NCBI GenBank assembly: GCA_965223325.1
Contig: CBDCWI010000002.1
Location: forward strand, 192,001 to 256,000
Reading direction: 5' to 3'
Length of the DNA: 64,000 bases
From: Candidatus Multivoradales bacterium
Lineage (GTDB): Bacteria > Acidobacteriota > Thermoanaerobaculia > Multivoradales > Multivoraceae
Shown: positions 10,102 through 19,267 of the stretch, in pieces
Numbering within the stretch: the first letter of the stretch is position 1
How the letters are laid out: each line of letters starts with the position of its first letter
Notes under the pieces: model-generated
The model's database searches: none
What the model was told of the DNA's origin: nothing
Seen by the model: the letters and a program-made list of their open reading frames with translations, nothing else
Program-made: the position numbers and the translations under genes

Positions 10102-11034
10102 CTAGCTCACGGGATGGGGCACGAACGGCAGACCTGGCGGAAAGCAGCCGGCAGGAAAGGCCACATCGGAAACGCCTCGTTTCAGCGCATTCGCCGCACG
10201 GCGGTACGCCCGCAGAAACGCATTGAAGACCGCGTTCATCTCCTCTCGGACCTGCGAGCGGTAGGCGAAGGTGCGGCGAAGCGGTGTCTTCTCGAGCGGC
10301 TTCTTCGGCTTCTGCGTCGGCCGCTGACTGCGGATCGCGAGTTCTCCGAGCGGTTTCGTACCCTGGCTTCGATGACGCGCGATGGTCTGCGCGCGGATGT
10401 CATCGAGTTGGGCACAGACCCTGTCGCAGTAGGCCTGCTTGTCCATCTCGGCAAAGGCAGGCAGGGGCGTCAGAAAGACAGCCACGGTGGTTGTGAAGTC
10501 GCGCTCGCGCACCTTCTCGCCCTGCGCCTTGGCGCGCCTCATACCAGCCGTATCGACCCACTGTGTCTGCACGGTCAGGCTGCCGTCACGGAACGCAGCG
10601 GTGGCGCTTGCTCCCGGCCAGTCGTCGCGGGAGTAGACGAGGTTCTCCTTGGCACCCTGAGAGAGCAGGTAGATCTGGCGCGCCCACTGCGCTTCGGGTT
10701 CCGAGGAGATGTTGGTCTTGGAGTAGCGACGGGCCCAGAACTTCTCGCTCCAACCATGGAGGCGGGCGAGTTTCCTCGCCAGGGTCGACTTCAGGTAGCA
10801 CATGAATCCGGAGAGCTGCTGTTGATCGCTGGGGGTCAGAGCGATATGAAAGTGATTCGAGGCGAAGAAGTAGTCGTGGATCTCCATTCCGAAGCGCTCT
10901 TGCGCCCGGGCCATCGTGCTGTCGATGATGCGTTTGGCAGTCGGTGAGGGCCGCATGAGGAAACGGCCGTGGAGTGTTCGGCTGGCGACTTCGACGGTTG
11001 TGTTGCGGGGGAGGTGGCGTGGGGTTGTGCCCAT
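10102..11034 (-). mobile_element. HUH Y1 tyrosine transposase (REP-associated RAYT / IS200-like superfamily), no TnpB
   Basis: SRTLHGRFLMRP N-terminus, HUH motif SNHFHI, FWARRY, candidate catalytic Tyr in IYLLSQG, then KENLV...DWPG and C-terminal FPAGCFPP. RBS AGGAGA lies upstream. Confidence 0.85.
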
Positions 11035-11037
11035 GAT

Positions 11038-11125
11038 GGGTCTCCTCTGGTTTCAGAGAGCTCCGCGACATGCGGCTCTCGTTACCGAGGACGCAAAACG
11101 ATCGAAAAGTCTGACAAGGAGACCC
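11038..11125 (-). promoter_or_regulatory. Structured 5' leader of the transposase, with an inverted repeat that can sequester the RBS
   Basis: GGGTCTCCT (11038-11046) and AGGAGACCC (11117-11125) are exact reverse complements. An inner hairpin GAGAG..CCGC/GCGG..CTCTC lies at 11056-11080. Confidence 0.5.
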
Positions 11126-11247
11126 GATTGACCCTTCGACGAGACTCGTTTACATCGTCAGGCTCGTGGAACGGGTGGACGATCGGTTTTCTCGGTGGCT
11201 GGGGGTTCTGGCAGGCACGATAGGGTGGGGGTAGGAGGTTTCTACTT

Positions 11248-12351
11248 GTGGCTACTTTGGATTCGTCGCTCGAGGCGGCGGTAGACGCGCGACGTGTGGC
11301 GCTCGATGCGCATGTTCGCGAGATCGTTCGCTGGCACTTTTCTCCCGAGACTGGGACGCCGTTCTGGCTCGAGAAGGTCGCCGAGCTCGATTTCGACCCG
11401 CTCACCGATATCGAGACCTTCGAAGACCTGCGACGCTTTCCTCTCTTCGAGGACGTTTGGCTTCGCGGTGGGCCGGTCAGACGCTGGGTTCCACGAGCTT
11501 TCGCCGATAAGCCGATCTACGTCTTCGAAACCGGGGGCACTACCGGAACGCCCAAGAGTCGTATTGCCATCGACGACTTCCGCACGGACTACGAGATGTT
11601 CTCCGACACCCTTCCCGATAAGCACTTCCCGCGCGGCTGCAACTGGTTGATGCTCGGTCCCTCCGGTCCACGCCGGCTGCGGCTGGCGGTCGAGCACCTG
11701 GCCCAGCATCGAGGAGGTATCTGCTTCTGTGTCGACCTCGACCCTCGCTGGGTCATCAAGCTGATCAAGAAGGGCTGGACGGAACACCTCGAGGCCTACA
11801 AGGACCATGTGATCGACCAGGCGATCACGATCCTCGAGGCCGGTCATGACGTCCGCGCCATGTTCGCAACCCCCAAGCTTCTCGAGAACCTCTGTCTCCG
11901 GCTCGAAGACATGGGCACGACGCTCGCAGAGTGCGGCATTCAGGGGATCTTTTCCGGCGGCACCGAGTTCACTCCTCAGTGGACTCGTTTCGCCATGGAG
12001 GAGCTCATCGAGGGCATCTACATGACCCCGACCTACGGCAACACCCTGATGGGCTTGGCGGCATCGAAACCAGTGGGTCCCGACGACGGCTACAAGATCT
12101 CCTACTACGCTCCCCAGCCACGTGCCGTTCTCGAGGTCGTGGACCCTGATGACCCCAGCCGGGTGGTCGACTACGGTGGCACCGGCCGCGTTCGCCTGAC
12201 GACCCTCACCCGCGAGCTGTTCGTGCCGGGCTTTCTCGAGCGCGACGAAGGGGAGCGCGAACCTCCCTGGGAAAGCTTTCCCTGGGACGGCGTGTCCGGC
12301 GTCCGGCCGTTCGCCAAGCTTGCCGAGACCACGACCGTGGGCGTTTATTGA
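11248..12351 (+). CDS. EhpF/GriC-like adenylate-forming enzyme (PaaK/LuxE-related)
   Basis: WHFSPETGTPFW, ETGGTTGTPK P-loop, DLDPRWV, GGTE, YGNT, ERD and C-terminal GVY all match my recollection of Pantoea EhpF. RBS AGGAGG upstream. Confidence 0.85.
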   Translation: MATLDSSLEAAVDARRVALDAHVREIVRWHFSPETGTPFWLEKVAELDFDPLTDIETFEDLRRFPLFEDVWLRGGPVRRWVPRAFADKPIYVFETGGTTGTPKSRIAIDDFRTDYEMFSDTLPDKHFPRGCNWLMLGPSGPRRLRLAVEHLAQHRGGICFCVDLDPRWVIKLIKKGWTEHLEAYKDHVIDQAITILEAGHDVRAMFATPKLLENLCLRLEDMGTTLAECGIQGIFSGGTEFTPQWTRFAMEELIEGIYMTPTYGNTLMGLAASKPVGPDDGYKISYYAPQPRAVLEVVDPDDPSRVVDYGGTGRVRLTTLTRELFVPGFLERDEGEREPPWESFPWDGVSGVRPFAKLAETTTVGVY

Positions 12352-12481
12352 CCTCCTCCTTCGCACCACGGGCTGTTAGCCTGCGCATCGCCATCGGGGT
12401 CACCGAAAACGGAGCGACGAGGAACCGCCAGGCGCCGCCGGCAGACCCGCCTTCTCTAGCCCACCCGAGGCCCGCCCTAGC

Positions 12482-12510
12482 GTCCTCAACTATCGAGTCC
12501 TCAACCATCG
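12482..12510 (+). repeat. Imperfect tandem duplication GTCCTCAAC(T/C)ATCG, 15-bp period
   Basis: Read directly at 12482-12495 and 12497-12510. Confidence 0.85.
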
Positions 12511-12565
12511 TGTTCGACTCTCGCTCCACCGCCCGAAAACCCGAGTCCATCACTGAAAGGTCCGC

Positions 12566-13999
12566 ATGAGCGTTCTGGATATCCCTGTCCTCCGGTGGGG
12601 AAAGCCCTACGACAGTCTCGAGAAGTCACCGGTCGTTCACTTCGAGACCGGCGAGAAGCTGGCCGAGGTCTCAACCGCCAACGCTGGCATCGTTGCCCGC
12701 GACATGCGCAAAGCTCACCGGGCCCGCGAAGTGCTTCGGGGCATCCCAACCGGCGAGCTGCTCGAGCGCGTCGGCAAGGCCGGCGAGCTCTACATGACCG
12801 CCGACCTGCCGCTCGGCGACGGCGTGCAAACGCCTGCCGACTTCGTGCGCTATCAGTCCGCCACCACCGGCCTGCCCGAGCACATGTGTCGCTTCAACAT
12901 GGAGAAGAACCGCTTCGTTCTCGAGAACATGGGCCAGGTCCTCGACTCCCTGACCCGGGGCCTCGACCTCGAGATCCTGCGCAACGGCCACGGCATCGAA
13001 GACCGCGGTGTGCCGCTCAGTCTTCAGGCGCAGTCGCCAGTCCTCGGCCTCGTCTTGCCCTCCAACTCGCCCGGCGTACACACCCTCTGGCTGCCGGTGA
13101 TTCCGCTCCAGGTCGGGCTGGTGTTCAAGCCCGGCCCCCAGGAGCCCTGGACCCCGTACCGTATGGCAGAGGCGTTCTTTGCCGCCGGTATCCCGCGCGA
13201 GGCCATTTCGATTTACCCAGGCGAGGCCGAGGTCGGTGCCGCCGTGCTCTCCAGCGCTCCCCGCAGCTTGATCTTTGGCGGTCAGGCCACCATCGATCGC
13301 TACAAGGGCGATCCCCGTGTGCAGGCACACGGCCCCGGCTACAGCAAGATCCTGCTCGGAGACGACATCATCGACGACTGGGAGAAGTACCTCGATCTTC
13401 TCGTCGAAAGCGTCTTCGTCAATAGCGGTCGAGGGTGCATCAACGCTTCCGGCGTATGGGCGTCTCGGCACACCGAAGAGATCGCCGAAGCGATGGCGAG
13501 GCGCCTGGCCGAAGTCGAGCCTCTACCCCCCGAAGACCCGGACAGCCCACTCGCCGCGTTCACCGTTCCTGGAGTCGCCGCCGCGATCGACGGCATGATC
13601 GCCTCCCATACCGAGGACCAAGGTACCGAAGACGTCACCGCCCGTCTCCGGGGAGCGGGTCCGCTCAAGAGCGGCGAGCGCGCCGACTACCTGATGCCCA
13701 CTGTCCTCCATTGTTCCTCTCCCGCGGCCAGCGGGGCCAACGTCGAGTACATGTTTCCGTTCTGCTCGGTCGTCAAGTGCGAACAAGGCGAGATGCTCGA
13801 CTCGATTGGTTCGACTCTGGTTTGCAGCGCCCTGACCCGAGACGAGACATTTCGCGCGCAGCTCATCAACGCCACCCACATCGACCGGCTCAATCTCGGA
13901 GCCGTCGCGACGACCAAACTCAACTGGTTACAGCCCCACGAAGGCAACATCATCGATTTTCTCTTCCGCAACCGAGCGTTCCAGGAGGCTGAGCTCTAG
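12566..13999 (+). CDS. Aldehyde dehydrogenase-fold reductase (GriD/EhpG/LuxC-like)
   Basis: LPSNSPG, FKPG, catalytic NSGRGCINAS and EYMFPF. HGPGYSK occupies the usual ELGG position. Adjacent to the EhpF-like gene. Confidence 0.8.
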   Translation: MSVLDIPVLRWGKPYDSLEKSPVVHFETGEKLAEVSTANAGIVARDMRKAHRAREVLRGIPTGELLERVGKAGELYMTADLPLGDGVQTPADFVRYQSATTGLPEHMCRFNMEKNRFVLENMGQVLDSLTRGLDLEILRNGHGIEDRGVPLSLQAQSPVLGLVLPSNSPGVHTLWLPVIPLQVGLVFKPGPQEPWTPYRMAEAFFAAGIPREAISIYPGEAEVGAAVLSSAPRSLIFGGQATIDRYKGDPRVQAHGPGYSKILLGDDIIDDWEKYLDLLVESVFVNSGRGCINASGVWASRHTEEIAEAMARRLAEVEPLPPEDPDSPLAAFTVPGVAAAIDGMIASHTEDQGTEDVTARLRGAGPLKSGERADYLMPTVLHCSSPAASGANVEYMFPFCSVVKCEQGEMLDSIGSTLVCSALTRDETFRAQLINATHIDRLNLGAVATTKLNWLQPHEGNIIDFLFRNRAFQEAEL

Positions 14000-14029
14000 G
14001 AGGCTTGCGCTTTCCTTGACCCTCCCAAA

Positions 14030-16861
14030 GTGGCCACAACGCTTCCTGACTTCGCGCCCAAAGACGAGCCGCTCCGAGAGGACGTCTCGCTCCTGGGAGC
14101 GCTGGTTGGCGAGGTTCTGCGAGAAGTGGGCGAGCCCGGGCTTTACGAGCGCGTCGAAGCCGCACGCCAGAGTGCGATCGCGCGGCGCCGCCTGGGGAGC
14201 GAAGCGTCGGAGAACACCCCCTCTGGGGCGAGCGAGAACCTCACCGAGGCATTGGCTGGCCTCTCACCCGAGACGGCGGCCGAACTCGTGCGGGCGTTTT
14301 CGACCTACTTCTGGGTGGTCAACCTGGCAGAGAAGGTCCATCGGATTCGCCGCCGACGTGCCTATCTGCGTGATCCCGCAGGCGCACCGCAGCGCGAGAG
14401 TCTTCGCGCCGCACTTCTTGCGGTCGCGGGCGAACTGTTCGAGGCGGGCGCTTCGTCAGACTTTCTTCCTCTGCTTTCCGAGGTGTACGTCGAGCCAGTG
14501 TTCACCGCCCATCCCACCGAGGCGACGCGCCGGGCGCTGCTCGAGAAGGAACAACGCATCGTACGCCGGCTCGTCGACCGGCTCGACCCGGCCCGCACCG
14601 TGCCCGAAGAACAGGCGGCCCTGGCGCGCATCAAGTCAGAGATCGCCAGTGCCTGGCAAACCGCAGAGCATCCTGAGGTTCGGCCCACCGTCGCCGACGA
14701 GCGCGAGCATGTCTTGTTCTTCGTTACCGACGTTCTCTATCGCATCGTGCCGCCGCTCGCCGAAGAGTGGCAGCGAGCGCTCCAGGCCGGCCTGTCCGCA
14801 GCAGCCTCGCCTGGCCAACCCAGCAGACAACGCAGTGGGAAAGGTGGGTCCGGGCGCCTGCCACCGCTTCCGCTCTCCTTTGCCTCCTGGGTCGGCGGCG
14901 ATATGGACGGCAACCCCAATGTCGACGCGCAGACGCTGCGGGCAACTCTCGAGCGTCACCGCGAGCTGGTTCTCGAGCTCTACCTGCGCGAGGTGAGAGC
15001 GCTGGCGAGAGAACTCACCCAGTCGATTTCGCGGGTCGACTTCGACTCGTCGGTCGATCAACGAATCACCCACTACGCAACCCTTTTTCCCGAGGCCTTC
15101 GCCAGGATCCCGGAGCGTTCACGCGACATGCCGTATCGGACGTTGCTCAATCTGGTGGGAGCACGTCTCGAGTCAACCGTCAACGACGCGCCGAACGCCT
15201 ACCCTGGAGCCGAGGCGTTCGCTGAAGACCTGCAGATCGTGCGCCGCAGTCTCGAGGCGCACGGTGGCAGCGGTGCGGGAGGCTTCGCAGTCGATCGCCT
15301 GCTCGAGCGCCTTCGCGTGTTCGGATTCCACCTCGCAACTCTCGACGTTCGGCAGGACGGATTGGTCCACCGACGGGCGGTTGCCGATCTACTGGCGGTC
15401 GACCTCGAGGAGTGGCTGGACCGACCCGCCAGCGAGCGGACTTCGAGGCTGCTGGGAGAACTTGGCGCCAAGCGTGCCGCGCCCAGCCCCCGAGAGCCCG
15501 AGATCGAAGCCACTCTCGACGTTTTTCGGGCCATCACCCACTGCCGCGAGCGCTATGGTGACGACGCGCTCGGGCCGTTCATCGTTTCGATGAGCGAGGG
15601 CCCGGACGATGTGCTTTCGGTTCTGTTTCTGGCCCGCGCGGCGGAGCAGGGAGGGGACGCCGGAAGTCTCACCGTGGTTCCTCTCGACGTCGCACCCCTC
15701 TTCGAAACGGTCGATGACCTCAACGCCTCTGCGGGAGTCCTGGACCGTCTCTTCGCGATCGACGTCTATCGCCAGCACCTGGCCGCTCGCGGCGACCGTC
15801 AGGTGGTCATGGTTGGCTATTCCGACAGCAGCAAGGACGGGGGCGCCGCGGCCTCACGCTGGGCACTGCAGGAGGCGCAGCGGGCAATGGCCGAGGTTTG
15901 TCGTCGACATGACGTGCGTTTGACCGTCTTTCACGGCCGCGGCGGTACCGTCGGGCGCGGCGGTGGCAAGACCCACCGCGCCGTGCTGGCCGCGCCCGCT
16001 GGCACCCTCGACGGTGGCCTGCGCGTGACCGAGCAGGGCGAGGTGATCGCCGACAAGTACGGGCTTCGCGGCATCGCCATGCGTAACCTCGAACGCTCGA
16101 TCGGTGCCGTGGCTCTGGCCCAGGCCCGCAACCGCCGCCGTCGGTCCGCTCCCGAACCAACCGGCGCTGCGCCAGATGAGTGGCGCGCCATCGGAGCGAC
16201 GCTCGCGGGTGCGAGCCGCGAGGCCTACCGCGCCCTGGTTTGGGAGCATCCCCAGTTCGTCGACTACTTCAGAAGCGCCACACCGGTGGACGTGATCGAG
16301 CGCATGCGCATTGGCTCGCGTCCCGCCTCGCGGCGCACCGGCGGTGGGGTCGAGAACCTGCGCGCCATCCCCTGGGTCTTCGCCTGGACGCAGAGTCGCC
16401 ACCTGTTGCCGGCGTGGTTCGGGCTCGGCACGGGTCTCCGCGAGGCCGTCCGCCAGCACGGAAAGGAGAGCCTCGTCGAAGCCTGCTCCCGCTGGCCCTT
16501 CCTCCGCAACTTGCTCGACGACGTCGAAATGGCCCTCGCCAAGAGCGATCTCGACATTGCCCGCCGCTACGTACCTCTGGCACCGGAGGCGGCCAGGCCG
16601 ATATACCTCCTCATTCATTCGGAGTGGGAGCGCACCGTCGAGTTGCTCCTCGAGCTGCGTGCTGCCGACACCTTGCTCGCCGGCGATCCCACGCTGGCAA
16701 GAGCGATCGCTTTGCGCAACCCCTACGTCGACCCGATGAGTCTGCTGCAGGTCGACCTGCTTGAGCGCTGGCGGTCTGCGAATCGCCCCGAAGGTCCGCT
16801 TCTCGATGCCCTACTGGCAACGGTCAGCGGAATCGCCCGCGGACTCCAGAACACCGGCTGA
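14030..16861 (+). CDS. ppc: Phosphoenolpyruvate carboxylase
   Basis: VFTAHPTE, SWVGGDMDGNP, VMVGYSDSSKDGG, FHGRGGTVGRGGG, LRAIPWVF and C-terminal GLQNTG. Confidence 0.97.
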   Translation: MATTLPDFAPKDEPLREDVSLLGALVGEVLREVGEPGLYERVEAARQSAIARRRLGSEASENTPSGASENLTEALAGLSPETAAELVRAFSTYFWVVNLAEKVHRIRRRRAYLRDPAGAPQRESLRAALLAVAGELFEAGASSDFLPLLSEVYVEPVFTAHPTEATRRALLEKEQRIVRRLVDRLDPARTVPEEQAALARIKSEIASAWQTAEHPEVRPTVADEREHVLFFVTDVLYRIVPPLAEEWQRALQAGLSAAASPGQPSRQRSGKGGSGRLPPLPLSFASWVGGDMDGNPNVDAQTLRATLERHRELVLELYLREVRALARELTQSISRVDFDSSVDQRITHYATLFPEAFARIPERSRDMPYRTLLNLVGARLESTVNDAPNAYPGAEAFAEDLQIVRRSLEAHGGSGAGGFAVDRLLERLRVFGFHLATLDVRQDGLVHRRAVADLLAVDLEEWLDRPASERTSRLLGELGAKRAAPSPREPEIEATLDVFRAITHCRERYGDDALGPFIVSMSEGPDDVLSVLFLARAAEQGGDAGSLTVVPLDVAPLFETVDDLNASAGVLDRLFAIDVYRQHLAARGDRQVVMVGYSDSSKDGGAAASRWALQEAQRAMAEVCRRHDVRLTVFHGRGGTVGRGGGKTHRAVLAAPAGTLDGGLRVTEQGEVIADKYGLRGIAMRNLERSIGAVALAQARNRRRRSAPEPTGAAPDEWRAIGATLAGASREAYRALVWEHPQFVDYFRSATPVDVIERMRIGSRPASRRTGGGVENLRAIPWVFAWTQSRHLLPAWFGLGTGLREAVRQHGKESLVEACSRWPFLRNLLDDVEMALAKSDLDIARRYVPLAPEAARPIYLLIHSEWERTVELLLELRAADTLLAGDPTLARAIALRNPYVDPMSLLQVDLLERWRSANRPEGPLLDALLATVSGIARGLQNTG

Positions 16862-16957
16862 GCGGGCCGTGCTCCAGGGGACGGGCCGCCTCGCGCCTGG
16901 GGACGCGAAAGGTGCCCCAGCGACCAGGACACGACTTCTCTTGTATGCTACTGCCGC

Positions 16958-18193
16958 ATGAATCGGTCCTCCTGTCGCCCGCAGAACGTGCGTTCGCCGG
17001 TTGTCAGACGCCCACCGGCGTTACCCCGGAACTCCGTCGCGCTTGTGATCCTGGTCAGTCTGTTGGCGGGGACTGCAGGGGGGACGGCTGCCGACGCCCA
17101 GGAGTCGCAGACGCTCCTCGAGGATCTGAGGCGCCTCGAACTCCCGGAGGCCGCCGCACCCGGTCTGGTAGCTGATCGACCCACCGAGTCTGGCTGGCAG
17201 CTCCTCCAGAGCCCCAGTACCGGACGCCGAGTGGAAGTCTTTCTACCGCGCGCGGTCGACCCGACGAAGTCGGTGCCAGCGGCGATCTTCCTCCATGGCC
17301 AGGACTCGCCGCCTCGCTTGTATCGGGAGCGCGTGCAGCAGGCGGCCGAAGAGCTCGGAGTCCTGATGGTGCTTCCTCACGCCGGCCGATTTGGCACCTG
17401 GGGGTTCAGCGGCGACAGCCAGGTCATCGCCGAGTCGACCCGCTTTGCCGTACAGGCGGGCGCCGATCCGGAGCGCATCGGTATCGCGGGTCACTCCGCT
17501 GGTGGGGCCTACGCCTACGTACAGGCCTATCTCGGCCCGCAGCGTTTCAGTGGCGTCTTCTCAATGAACGCCCGCTACATCGAGATCGAGCCGGCCGATG
17601 GTTTCAAACCGCCCATTCGCATGTTCTACGGCAGCGAAGATCGCAACTTCAAGCAGGGGGCGCTGCAGGCGCTGGCGCGACAGTGGGAGCGGCTCGGCAT
17701 CATCTGGGAAGACGATCTCGCCATCGGCTATCAGCATCACGAGTGGCCGGCGGCGGCCCTGGTCGAGGGGCTGCGTTTTGCAACCACACCCTCCGGGGCT
17801 GCCGGCCCTTCTCTTCCATCGAGCGCCTGCGAGCAGGCGTCTGATACCCGCCTCTGTCTCGTAGACGGGCGCTTCGAGGTCGAGGTGAAGTGGTGGAACC
17901 CCGGCGGCTCGAGTGACGCCGCGGCGGGCAGAGCTCGCGTGGTTCCCATCCGCAATCGCAACTCCGGACTCTTCTGGTTCTTCTCCGAGGCCAACTGGGA
18001 GATGATCGTCAAGGTGCTCAATGGCTGCTCGATCAACGGCAACTACTGGGTGTTCGCGGCCGCGACGACGGACCGCGCCTATCAGATCCGGGTCACCGAT
18101 ACCTTCGTCGAGCGCACCGTGACCTATGAAAGCGATGGCGGTCACCCGGCCCCCGCACTGACCGACACCGAAGCGCTTTCGAGCTGTCCTTGA
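16958..18193 (+). CDS. Secreted alpha/beta-hydrolase (esterase-like) with a Cys-bracketed C-terminal domain
   Basis: Signal-like hydrophobic stretch, FLHG oxyanion motif, GHSAGG nucleophile elbow, GSED and His in YQHH. The start codon is uncertain. Confidence 0.75.
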   Translation: MNRSSCRPQNVRSPVVRRPPALPRNSVALVILVSLLAGTAGGTAADAQESQTLLEDLRRLELPEAAAPGLVADRPTESGWQLLQSPSTGRRVEVFLPRAVDPTKSVPAAIFLHGQDSPPRLYRERVQQAAEELGVLMVLPHAGRFGTWGFSGDSQVIAESTRFAVQAGADPERIGIAGHSAGGAYAYVQAYLGPQRFSGVFSMNARYIEIEPADGFKPPIRMFYGSEDRNFKQGALQALARQWERLGIIWEDDLAIGYQHHEWPAAALVEGLRFATTPSGAAGPSLPSSACEQASDTRLCLVDGRFEVEVKWWNPGGSSDAAAGRARVVPIRNRNSGLFWFFSEANWEMIVKVLNGCSINGNYWVFAAATTDRAYQIRVTDTFVERTVTYESDGGHPAPALTDTEALSSCP

Positions 18194-18280
18194 GGGTACT
18201 TTGGGTGGGGGTGGGAAACGCCCACGGCCGAGCTCCCCTCGTCTTTCGAAGGACAGCCGGCACGTGGGAAGATCGCGCCC

Positions 18281-19225
18281 ATGCCTGAGTTTGAGTTGCG
18301 CAGTTTCGAGCGCCCGTCGGACTACGAACAGTGCGTTGCGCTCCAGATGGCCACCTGGGGTGATGATTTCCGGGAGTTGGTACCGCCGGCGGTTATCGAG
18401 ATCTCTCAGAAGGTAGGCGGCGTCGCGGCGGGTGCGTTCGACGGCGAACGTCTGCTCGCCTTCGTGTGGGGACTCTCAGGGCTCCGCGCTGGCCGCACCG
18501 CCCACTGGTCCCACATGCTCGCCGTCGATCGCCAGGCACGTGGCCTTGGGCTCGGGAAACACCTCAAGTGGTTTCAGCGCCGCCTGCTACTCGAGCTCGG
18601 CATCGAAGTCATGTACTGGACCTTCGACCCGCTCGTCGCGCGCAACGCCAACCTCAACATCAACCGCCTCGGCGCGTTGCCTCTGCGTTTCACCCGCGAC
18701 ATGTACGGCACCGAGACGGGTTCCGATCTCCACAGCGGCCTCGGCACCGACCGTTTCGTAGCTCGCTGGTGGCTATCCTCGGCATGGACAGAGAAGAAGG
18801 CCCGGGATCCCTCGCCGCTGGGCGTGGAACGAAGAGGCGAGTCCGCCTCCGGGACGGCGCTAGAGGCACCGCATGACGCTGCGAGCTCCCCAATGCCGAT
18901 CTTCAACGCGACCGAAGACGGCAAACCGCTGCCCGAGCCGAAGGCCGACCCGAGTAGCATCGCCCCGCGGCTCCTCGTCGAGGTGCCAGAGTCGATTGAG
19001 CGGCTGAAGCGTGAAGACCCGGAGCTGGCGTTGGCGTGGCGGGATGCGGCGCGCGCCTCTTTCGAGAGCCTGCTCGGCGCGGGCTATCGGGTGACGGCGT
19101 TTCACCGTCGACCAGCAGCTCACCACCGAGCGGCTGAGCAAGCGGAGCAGGGGAGCTTTGCGCTGCGCTGCTTCTACGAGCTACGCGGCCCGACCGAACC
19201 CCTGGTCGAGGCCGAGCGATCATAG
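18281..19225 (+). CDS. GNAT acyltransferase (putative D-amino acid N-succinyltransferase)
   Basis: HWSHMLAV, ARGLGLG acyl-CoA motif, WTFDPL..RNA.LN and TDRF; directly upstream of the OSBS/NSAR gene. Confidence 0.8.
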   Translation: MPEFELRSFERPSDYEQCVALQMATWGDDFRELVPPAVIEISQKVGGVAAGAFDGERLLAFVWGLSGLRAGRTAHWSHMLAVDRQARGLGLGKHLKWFQRRLLLELGIEVMYWTFDPLVARNANLNINRLGALPLRFTRDMYGTETGSDLHSGLGTDRFVARWWLSSAWTEKKARDPSPLGVERRGESASGTALEAPHDAASSPMPIFNATEDGKPLPEPKADPSSIAPRLLVEVPESIERLKREDPELALAWRDAARASFESLLGAGYRVTAFHRRPAAHHRAAEQAEQGSFALRCFYELRGPTEPLVEAERS

Positions 19226-19267
19226 CCCCCCCGGATCACCCGCAACGATCAGAAGACAGGAGCCGCC

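Noticed and set aside
9900-11245. GTAG-containing hairpins on each side of the transposase as canonical REP elements
   Set aside because: The stems are only 4-6 bp, the two differ in sequence, and I saw no further copies in the window. The right one overlaps the next gene's RBS.
9919-12369. Long ORFs 9919-10947 (+) and 11242-12369 (-)
   Set aside because: They are antisense shadows of the transposase and the EhpF-like gene, carry no motifs, and are expected in high-GC DNA.
11248-13999. Phenazine or bioluminescence (lux) cluster
   Set aside because: There are no phzA/B-G or luxAB/D genes in the window; only the activating/reducing pair is present.
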